Shown here one piece after another: positions 9,103 through 16,851 of a stretch of 64,000 nt of DNA. The stretch is from an uncultured Gammaproteobacteria bacterium. Lineage in GTDB: Bacteria; Patescibacteriota; Microgenomatia; CAZETR01; Amesbacteraceae. A model generated the notes under the pieces. It had not been told where the DNA came from and searched no databases. It saw only the letters and a list, made by a program, of their open reading frames with translations. Made by a program: the position numbers and the translations under genes. How positions within the stretch are numbered: position 1 is the first letter of the stretch; every line of letters starts with the position of its first letter. Where the stretch lies: NCBI GenBank assembly GCA_964356705.1, contig CAYHIN010000001.1, positions 3,066 through 67,065 of the forward strand. Direction: 5' to 3'.

Positions 9103-9438
9103 ATGTTGCTTGCCAGAATCATCAACCCCGCTCTAAACAGTAAAGTCGGCAACACTACGATCCAGGGAGATGGTCCTGGTATTTTGCAGCTGTTTTTAAG
9201 AAACTTTATCGATATTGCCCTCGGCACCGCCGGCGTCATCTTTTTCTTCATGTTATTACGTGGAGGTTACGAATATCTCACCGCCGGCGGAGACAAAGAG
9301 GCCGTCCAAAAGGCAACGAAGAGACTCACCACTTCGTTCATTGGTATTGCAATCATCTTCTCTCTTTTTGCCCTCGTCTTTATTGTTGAGGCATTATTTG
9401 GCATCTCGCTGTTGCAGATAAACATTCCCACTATATGA
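9103..9438 (+). CDS. VirB2/TrbC-like pilin 7
   Basis: TM-(AGGDKEAVQKATKR)-TM; start reassigned to ATG 9103 within ORF 8887..9438. Confidence 0.82.
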   Translation: MLLARIINPALNSKVGNTTIQGDGPGILQLFLRNFIDIALGTAGVIFFFMLLRGGYEYLTAGGDKEAVQKATKRLTTSFIGIAIIFSLFALVFIVEALFGISLLQINIPTI

Positions 9439-9764
9439 ACCTTCTTGCCCAAGCCACCATCAATCTCACAAACCCCTTATCACCTTATAGAAACCTCTTC
9501 TCTCTTCGTCCCTCTAGTTTAGTTTCAGCCGCTATCAGTCTCCTCCTTGGGGCAGCAGGTGTCACGGCCTTCATTTATCTTCTCGTGGGCGGTATCCAGT
9601 GGATTACTAGCAGTGGCGACAAAGAAGGACTGGACAAAGCCAAGAAAAAAATTACCCACGCTCTCATCGGTTTGGCGATCGTCTTCTCAGCTTACGCTTT
9701 GATCTTCATCATCCAAGCATTGTTCAACATTAGTGTCATCGGTGTCAATATTTCTCCTATTTAA
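9435..9764 (+). CDS. VirB2/TrbC-like pilin 8
   Basis: TM-(SSGDKEGLDKAKKK)-TM. Confidence 0.82.
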   Translation: MNLLAQATINLTNPLSPYRNLFSLRPSSLVSAAISLLLGAAGVTAFIYLLVGGIQWITSSGDKEGLDKAKKKITHALIGLAIVFSAYALIFIIQALFNISVIGVNISPI

Positions 9765-9833
9765 TTCCTTAGTACTTTGCACTTAGCTCTTAGCACTATA
9801 TAATAAACTTAATGAAGGGAGGTGAATAATCAA

Positions 9834-10256
9834 GTGAGCAAAATACAAAAAATAATTCAGTTTGGGACCGCTTTGGGTACAGTATTGGCAGTCAACCCTG
9901 CTTCCGTTCTGGCCCAAGGAGCTTTTGATCCCACAGACAATGTAAATATCGCTCCCGAAGCAGGCGTTTTCAGCAAACTACCTGGTCTTCGTCCGTCCGC
10001 TTTCATTAGTGGAGCCATCAGTTTCCTGCTCGGAGTAGCAGGTGTAGTCGCCTTTATCTTCCTACTTTGGGGAGGCCTACAGTGGATCCTCGCCGGTGGC
10101 GACAAAGAAGGTACCGAAAAGGCTCGCAAGAAGATCACCTCCGCTCTCATCGGTTTGGCGATCGTCTTCTCAGCTTACGCTTTGATCTTCATCATCCAAG
10201 CGTTGTTCAACATCAGTGTCCTTGAAGTGTCTCTGAAACCACTAGGTAATCTCTAA
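9834..10256 (+). CDS. VirB2/TrbC-like pilin 9 (probable major pilin)
   Basis: SD GGAGGTG 9818-9824 before GTG 9834, signal peptide ending VLA|Q, TM-(AGGDKEGTEKARKK)-TM. Confidence 0.82.
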   Translation: MSKIQKIIQFGTALGTVLAVNPASVLAQGAFDPTDNVNIAPEAGVFSKLPGLRPSAFISGAISFLLGVAGVVAFIFLLWGGLQWILAGGDKEGTEKARKKITSALIGLAIVFSAYALIFIIQALFNISVLEVSLKPLGNL

Positions 10257-10282
10257 ATTACCTTATGGTAGATGAATCAATT

Positions 10283-10326
10283 CCGTCATTCCGGACGAAA
10301 GTCTAGTTAGACTTCCGGAATGACGG
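10283..10326 (+). repeat. Strong REP-like hairpin
   Basis: CCGTCATTCCGGA/TCCGGAATGACGG enclosing AGTCTA/TAGACT. Confidence 0.75.
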
Positions 10327-10335
10327 CACATATCT

Positions 10336-10626
10336 ATGCCAGCCAAACTTAGCAATTTACAAGATGTATTTTCCAACGTCTTGGTTTCTGTTCTCTCGCT
10401 CATAGGTCTTGTGACTTTTGGCATGCTTTTGTGGGGCGGAGTCCAATATCTTACGGCGGGCTCCGATAAGGAGGCCGCAGGCAGGGCCAGAAACACGATT
10501 ACCTACGCTCTCATTGGTCTCATCCTCGCCATTTCCTCCGTCATGATCATCAATCTTTTGGGCACCTTCTTAGGTCTGGATTTCAGCACGTTCAACATTT
10601 GTCTCCCCGGGACCACTTCCTGCTAA
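10336..10626 (+). CDS. VirB2/TrbC-like pilin 10
   Basis: TM-(AGSDKEAAGRARN)-TM. Confidence 0.82.
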   Translation: MPAKLSNLQDVFSNVLVSVLSLIGLVTFGMLLWGGVQYLTAGSDKEAAGRARNTITYALIGLILAISSVMIINLLGTFLGLDFSTFNICLPGTTSC

Positions 10627-10640
10627 TATATAATAGTTCC

Positions 10641-13600
10641 ATGCTCCGTAAATTTTTCTTTTTCCTCATCGTATTTCTTCTCACGATCCATATTTTCCAT
10701 CCCCCAAGCACCCAAGCAGATTACCCAAACGACTGTGCTCTCGATTATCCCATTTGTCACACCAGTATTCCTCCAGGGACACCCGTAGGCACTTGTCTCA
10801 ACCACAGTGTCATAGGCTGCAACACCTCTTCCGGAGTACCGGGAGTTTGGTGCTGCCCCTCCTCATTTATTTTCCCTTCACTCACACCGACCCCCCCATC
10901 TGTCCCCACTTGCATCGCCAATGGCAATTATTGCGTAGCCACAAATGTCGCTTGTGATCCCGGCCACACCAGAGGTCAAGGTGGCAATTGTGAAACTGGA
11001 AAAATCTGCTGTGCCATCACCCTTCCTACTGTGCCTCCTCCCGGCGGCCCTCCGGGTCCCATTCCCCTACCCACCTATCCGACAAATTTTAGCCCCCTAG
11101 AATATCCCTGCAACACGACCACCGACGAAGAGTTTCATCCCCTACGTCCCTATCCGGCTTCTCCCTGCGACCCCCTCATTCCCAAAAAACAGGAGCCCGA
11201 TTTTCTTTCCTTCGCCTGCGGCAAGAGCCTAAATACTCTGGGAGAGTATCCCGTCAGCCGCAGTTTTACCCAAGCTCAGTTAGACGCCATGTCCCCCATT
11301 TTTCAAAACTACGGCGAGCCTTACCGTTGCGGCGCCCAGGTCTGTATCCGCAAACGCTCCGTTTTTGATATTGCCCTCGATTTATCGAGTGCCAAGTTGC
11401 CAATTATCGGCAACACCCAAGATCCCCTCGACGACGCCACCAAAGTCAACAATTATCTATCTTGGTATCTGGCCGGCACCAATCCCACCTGGCTCGAGGA
11501 CCTAAATTTGGCCACCCCAGCCCAAAACGTCAACTCCCAGTGTATCGGCACCTCACTGGCCACCTTCATGAACACCGTTGTATCTGGGACCACAAATTTA
11601 CGCAACATCCGCCTCACTTCTCCAGCCTTCAATCTTACCAATCCCGCCGAGCAGGATATTTTTATCGCCATGAGCCAGGCCGGAGCCAACTTTGCAGATA
11701 TCGACGCATTTGCCGGCAACACCTACACTCTAAATGGCGTAGCCGCCTACGATTGGGTCATCAGTCCCTCATTTCGCGGAGCCGACGGCAAAACCTGGAA
11801 AGAAAAATTCACAAGTTTCAACAAAGGCATTATCTTTACCGAATTCGGGGATTTTGCCACTTTTGACAACCCTCCCGGATCTCCAAATCGCGCCTCGGTC
11901 ATAAGCGCCATGCGCCAAGAATTCACCAATACCGCAGGCGATGGTGTCGTCAAATCCATCAACTATTTCAACGCTTTTGGTGGCAATCCCCAATTTATAG
12001 GCCACCAATTGTCAATCTCAGAGCTCCAGGTTATTACCAGCTCAAATTATTCAAAAAGCGGGGTCAATTCCGCCCAGGGAGTCAATCGCGATTTTCCCCC
12101 CAGAGTGGGCAGTGCCGGTCTCAAGTGGAGCGTGGAGATCATCACCTCGCCCGGTGATGAGACAGGTGCTATCGAATCCATCAACGCCGCCCATCGCGCA
12201 GGTGTCATCCCCATTATTCGCCCTTGTTACGGCAATTCCTGTGGTTTTGCCGATCCAGTTGTATATGTAGATTTCATCAGTCGGGTATCCCAGCGTGTGA
12301 CCGATCAGTCCCGCGAGATTTGGTTCATAGCCGGCCCAAACGAGCCCGCCGGTGAGCATTGGGCCGCCCCTCTTTGTGGCACTGCCGGCCAGCCCGTAGC
12401 CAGTATCGATTCTTTCTTGACTTACGCCGGTCCTATTCGTAAGCTCCTACCCCAGTATTCTCTGGATACCATCCGCTACGTTCTGGCTACCAATCAAGGG
12501 CGCAATGTCCACAATTATTTACTCGATACTCAAGGCCGCCGTATTTCCCAAGTTCCATCCTTCATTCGTCTCTATTCTCCCACCGATATCTGGACCAAGC
12601 TCTTCCAAAGAGTTCCCCTCGCCACTATGGAAGACGTCGTGGGCGAGGTCACCGTGGGCCTCATTACCTCTCCTAGATCCGACGGCTCATCTCCCCAACC
12701 ACCCGACGTTTATGTTGTAGACCCCAGCCACCCCGATGCCATGCGCCTTACCATCAAAGACGGATCGGACTCCCGCCTCTATTTCCCTCATCTCAAGACC
12801 GTAAGTTCCTTAGTCGAAGTCCTAAATGCTATCTCGAGACCCAAGCTCTCCCAAAACTATCGCCCCGATGAGCGAAACGTCACCCAGTATATCAACGAAC
12901 ACCAAGGTATCGATGACTCCACTCCTATCCAAAGAAAATCCAACGAAGGCAATTACACCGGACTCACTCGCAACACCGAAATTAGAGAAGGCGAGCCCGC
13001 CCCTACAGCTCTCTTTGGCCAAAATGATCATTTTGAGTTTGACCAGCGCTGCGAGCTCACGACCACCCAGGACGCCGTAGGTGACAATCTTTTTGGCCAG
13101 ACTATCAATGGTCGCCTCGCCTATACACATGATCTAAAGTTTGACCCCGTCGTCCAACCCAATGCTTGTCTTCCAGATTTTGCCGTCTGTACACCTGGCG
13201 TCGACGTTTGTTGTGACAATGCCGTATGCAGCAACGTCACTCTTGGTGGTATTGATTACGGCGACCGTTGTCACGGCGGCAATCCCAATTCCAGTTCCAT
13301 TCCCACTGAAGCTCGTGTCGCAGTCTTTACCAAGACTCCTCTCATCGATCGCTTTTATGGCGATCTTATTTCCAACTCCAACTCTTTCTTTAGACGTTTC
13401 GTCAATTGGTACGACCGGTCCACCGGCGGCCCAGATACAACGATTAGGTCAGGTTCTCTTACTTTTCCCGCCAAGACCCAAGTCGGTTATACTGCTACAG
13501 CCCCCATTCCTCCACCCGTAAGCCCCGAGACAGCCCCAGGCAATCCCAAAGCCGGAGCCGGCAACAATACCGGCGGCGCCGAGATTTATTTCCCCAGGCT

Positions 13601-15128
13601 CGGAAGTCTGGCCGATTATTTCCTAGGTGGTCCCACCAACGAGAGATTAAATCTCCAAAAGATGTTCCGTCCCAAAAACTTTGGTAGTCTTATCGGCCCG
13701 GGTGGTGCCGGCATTTTGGCCGCCTGCCAGCCGTATCTCTCCAATTTCCCCGGATCCATTACCGTAAACATCCAAAATCCCAAAAACGTCTTCTCCAAAG
13801 TCGGCGACAGTATTACCGTTTCGCCTAATTTCCTAGATGCCTTTGCCGGAGCATACAACCTCGGTAGTCATACCGGCCTTCAATCGGTAATCAATTTCTT
13901 CACTCCCTTATCTTTCACGGAAAATACCCTTGCCGCAGGCATCGGGTGGAACACCCAGGACCTTATAAATAATAATTTTTCCGCTCTAGAGTCTGAATAC
14001 ACCCGTACCAAGCCTGCCGTGGCCATTATCATGATCGGCACCAACGATTCCGGTGGCTCCAACCAAGTTGTGGTCCCAGTCTACACCGATCGTTTAGAAC
14101 GCATCGTAAATTACACTGTTAGCAAGGGTATAATTCCCATCCTCAGTACTCTCCCCCATCTCACCAACGCCAATCCCCAGCACAATACCAATACCGAATT
14201 GCTAACCGGAGCCATCAAAGACGTTTCGACCAGACTGGGTGTTCCCCTCATGGACTACCGCCTCGCCACCGAGCAAATAAATACTGCTGCACGCAACTGG
14301 GGCATTAGTACTGACAACATCCATCCTTCCGTCGGCGGTGGCAATGCCGGCGATCTTTCCGATTTACCCATGAGTGAAGGCGGCTACAATGTCCGAAACT
14401 TCGTCTCCCTTTGCGCCCTAGATGCAGTTTGGAAGACCAGACTGGGAGGAGATAGCTCTAGTAGTGGAGACTGCTTCACGGCAGCCCAACCCGTTACCGC
14501 TTCCTGCTCGGCGCCCGGATCCACTCCCCTAAACTATGCTTGTCACACCAATCTTGAGCTCAAATCCATAATCCAAGAGTCAGCAAATAAGTTCGGGGTA
14601 AATCCCAGCGTCCTCTTAGGTATTCTTAGTGTCGAAACCAGGAATGGTATTTTTGGAATTACTTCAGGTGAAGTGAGACGCCACTCCACTTCCACCTCAC
14701 AAACCGGCTTTACTCCATATATTTGTCAACCAAATTCTTGTGGCGCCATGGGAGCCATGCAGCTTTTGACTGGCATTGGCGTCCAGCCCAGTTGTTCTCA
14801 AGCCTACGGTATCAACAATTGGGCTCTATATGGTTCGGCCGTCGTAGAAGCTTGCAAAGCCCCCTCTGGTTACGGACCAAATCCCGGTAATATCCGAGAC
14901 TCAATATACGCCGGAGCAAAAATGATCGGCAGCTTCGGCCAGAACTCAAATTCCGAAGCCGGAGTCAAAGAAATCGGTCGCAGATATTTTGGCAACGACA
15001 CTTCCCGTTTTGATCTCTTTGTAAACTTGGATTACATAAACGACTGTGTCCCAGGCTACACCACACCTTCCTCAGCTCGCAGCATGACCTATGGTGAATA
15101 TCTTTGGGAAGTAGCCCGAGTTAGATAA
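10641..15128 (+). CDS. Large secreted multidomain protein: Cys-rich, glycoside hydrolase-like, SGNH hydrolase, lysozyme/SLT-like
   Basis: Signal peptide from ATG 10641; TEFG and NEP motifs; GDS..GTND..DNIHP; ILSVET..GAMGAMQ. Confidence 0.75.
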   Translation: MLRKFFFFLIVFLLTIHIFHPPSTQADYPNDCALDYPICHTSIPPGTPVGTCLNHSVIGCNTSSGVPGVWCCPSSFIFPSLTPTPPSVPTCIANGNYCVATNVACDPGHTRGQGGNCETGKICCAITLPTVPPPGGPPGPIPLPTYPTNFSPLEYPCNTTTDEEFHPLRPYPASPCDPLIPKKQEPDFLSFACGKSLNTLGEYPVSRSFTQAQLDAMSPIFQNYGEPYRCGAQVCIRKRSVFDIALDLSSAKLPIIGNTQDPLDDATKVNNYLSWYLAGTNPTWLEDLNLATPAQNVNSQCIGTSLATFMNTVVSGTTNLRNIRLTSPAFNLTNPAEQDIFIAMSQAGANFADIDAFAGNTYTLNGVAAYDWVISPSFRGADGKTWKEKFTSFNKGIIFTEFGDFATFDNPPGSPNRASVISAMRQEFTNTAGDGVVKSINYFNAFGGNPQFIGHQLSISELQVITSSNYSKSGVNSAQGVNRDFPPRVGSAGLKWSVEIITSPGDETGAIESINAAHRAGVIPIIRPCYGNSCGFADPVVYVDFISRVSQRVTDQSREIWFIAGPNEPAGEHWAAPLCGTAGQPVASIDSFLTYAGPIRKLLPQYSLDTIRYVLATNQGRNVHNYLLDTQGRRISQVPSFIRLYSPTDIWTKLFQRVPLATMEDVVGEVTVGLITSPRSDGSSPQPPDVYVVDPSHPDAMRLTIKDGSDSRLYFPHLKTVSSLVEVLNAISRPKLSQNYRPDERNVTQYINEHQGIDDSTPIQRKSNEGNYTGLTRNTEIREGEPAPTALFGQNDHFEFDQRCELTTTQDAVGDNLFGQTINGRLAYTHDLKFDPVVQPNACLPDFAVCTPGVDVCCDNAVCSNVTLGGIDYGDRCHGGNPNSSSIPTEARVAVFTKTPLIDRFYGDLISNSNSFFRRFVNWYDRSTGGPDTTIRSGSLTFPAKTQVGYTATAPIPPPVSPETAPGNPKAGAGNNTGGAEIYFPRLGSLADYFLGGPTNERLNLQKMFRPKNFGSLIGPGGAGILAACQPYLSNFPGSITVNIQNPKNVFSKVGDSITVSPNFLDAFAGAYNLGSHTGLQSVINFFTPLSFTENTLAAGIGWNTQDLINNNFSALESEYTRTKPAVAIIMIGTNDSGGSNQVVVPVYTDRLERIVNYTVSKGIIPILSTLPHLTNANPQHNTNTELLTGAIKDVSTRLGVPLMDYRLATEQINTAARNWGISTDNIHPSVGGGNAGDLSDLPMSEGGYNVRNFVSLCALDAVWKTRLGGDSSSSGDCFTAAQPVTASCSAPGSTPLNYACHTNLELKSIIQESANKFGVNPSVLLGILSVETRNGIFGITSGEVRRHSTSTSQTGFTPYICQPNSCGAMGAMQLLTGIGVQPSCSQAYGINNWALYGSAVVEACKAPSGYGPNPGNIRDSIYAGAKMIGSFGQNSNSEAGVKEIGRRYFGNDTSRFDLFVNLDYINDCVPGYTTPSSARSMTYGEYLWEVARVR

Positions 15129-15302
15129 ACTCCTCCGCCCTTGACGCCACTCCCTGAATTCAGTATTAATTCCGGGACCACCCTCCCCAATTTCACTACA
15201 AAATCGTCCATAAGCTCTCCATTGCTTCGTTTCTTAGTTCTTAGTAGTTAGTCCTTTGCACTTCGTCCTTAGTGCTGATATTGTTAATGTATAATACAAG
15301 CC

Positions 15303-16847
15303 ATGCCCAAAATAAAGAATTTCCTATCTTCTCTCCTTCTCTGTCTTACGCTCTCCTCCTTCTTTCCCTACTTTGCATTAGCCGTGGATGGTCCTTGGTA
15401 TAACCAAAATCCCCAACAATTCGGCCAAAAAGTCTTTGGGGGCGATCAAAACGAAATCTTTGGCGAACGCTATACCTTTGCCCAAGTTAACTGGATAATA
15501 AACAGTTTAAATTTGATATTAAATCCAACCAACGGCCAAACCCCGGACGCCATAAAAGGTATCGTTTGTGCCATCATCCCTCTTATCTCTCCAGGCTCTC
15601 CCTGCCCCATTGCCTCTACGCCTGAAAATAAGTGGATTGCTTACTCACAACTAGGTATAAATGGGCTTCTTGTTGGGGGCATCACCGAAATTACCGCTTC
15701 CCCACCAGCATCCGGAATTTTAGAAATAGGCGAGACTCTTGCAAAATTTGACCCTGCAACTCCCGTCCAGGCCCAAGGAGGTTATGGATTTGAAAGCTTA
15801 AACGGACTCAGAGTCATTTGGGGCGCTTCGCGCAACATGGCTTATCTCATTATGGTGATTTTGCTTATCGCCACCGGCTTTATGATCATGTTTCGAGTCA
15901 AGATCAATCCCCAAACCGCAGTCTCACTTCAAATCATGATTCCAAAAGTTATTTTCACTCTACTCCTAGTTACCTTTTCCTATGCAATAGCTGGGCTCGT
16001 AATCGATCTTGTTTATGTTGTCCTCGCCTTCGTAATCTCTGGACTCACGCTGTCCCAAGCAATTACCCCTCTCAGTCTTCCTGGTTCAGTGGGCTGGTTC
16101 TTTACCCCAGACTTTGGCAAGATATTCGGCTACTATCTTTTGTCGTGGCTCGTACAGATAGCAATCGGCGGAATTGCCGGTCTAATTGGAGTGGGCCTTG
16201 CTACACTGATGCCACCCTTAGCTCCATTTGTTGGATTACTAGGAACAATCTTTGCTCTTATTGAAATTATTTTTGCATTTGTACTTCTCTGGCTTCTATT
16301 TAAAGTTTGGTGGATGATGGTCAAAACCTATTTAACACTCATGTTTTTGATAGTTATTGGTCCTTGGCAAATTATGTTGGGCTTACTTCCCGGACAACAA
16401 GGTTTTGGAGGGTGGTTCAGAAATATTATAGCCAATGCCTCCGTATTTCTAACTGTTCCTATTATGTTTTTACTCAACATGTTCTTCTGGCCGATGAGTC
16501 CTTTCAGTCCGTTAGGTCAAGTAAATGGTGGAGCATCAGATTTACCCAGTTTTCCTCTCTTCGCTACAAAAGGCGGAATTTTTGGATTCGCAGTAGGCTT
16601 TGCCATATTATCGATGATCCCCAAAATTGCTGATATTATTAGAGACGCTCTCAAGATCCCACCATTCAAATATGGCTCAGCTCTAGGCGAGGCTCTAAGT
16701 CCACTTAAGATGGTAACCTCTCCTGCGGGTGGAGCAATCTCAGCAGGTGGTAGCAACGAACTAAAGGGTGCTACCACTGGATTACAATATGCCTCTGGCG
16801 GCATACGTCAGGCTGCTGGAGACTGGTTGAAAGGATCTATCAGGTAA
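15303..16847 (+). CDS. VirB6-like polytopic membrane protein
   Basis: Multiple TMs, LLLVTFSYAIAGLVIDL, GWFRNIIAN; lies within the pilin/VirB4 locus. Confidence 0.65.
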   Translation: MPKIKNFLSSLLLCLTLSSFFPYFALAVDGPWYNQNPQQFGQKVFGGDQNEIFGERYTFAQVNWIINSLNLILNPTNGQTPDAIKGIVCAIIPLISPGSPCPIASTPENKWIAYSQLGINGLLVGGITEITASPPASGILEIGETLAKFDPATPVQAQGGYGFESLNGLRVIWGASRNMAYLIMVILLIATGFMIMFRVKINPQTAVSLQIMIPKVIFTLLLVTFSYAIAGLVIDLVYVVLAFVISGLTLSQAITPLSLPGSVGWFFTPDFGKIFGYYLLSWLVQIAIGGIAGLIGVGLATLMPPLAPFVGLLGTIFALIEIIFAFVLLWLLFKVWWMMVKTYLTLMFLIVIGPWQIMLGLLPGQQGFGGWFRNIIANASVFLTVPIMFLLNMFFWPMSPFSPLGQVNGGASDLPSFPLFATKGGIFGFAVGFAILSMIPKIADIIRDALKIPPFKYGSALGEALSPLKMVTSPAGGAISAGGSNELKGATTGLQYASGGIRQAAGDWLKGSIR

Positions 16848-16851
16848 AACT

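Noticed and set aside
10283-10326. Possible hammerhead ribozyme (GAAA in hairpin)
   Set aside because: No CUGAUGA core; better explained as a REP-like hairpin.
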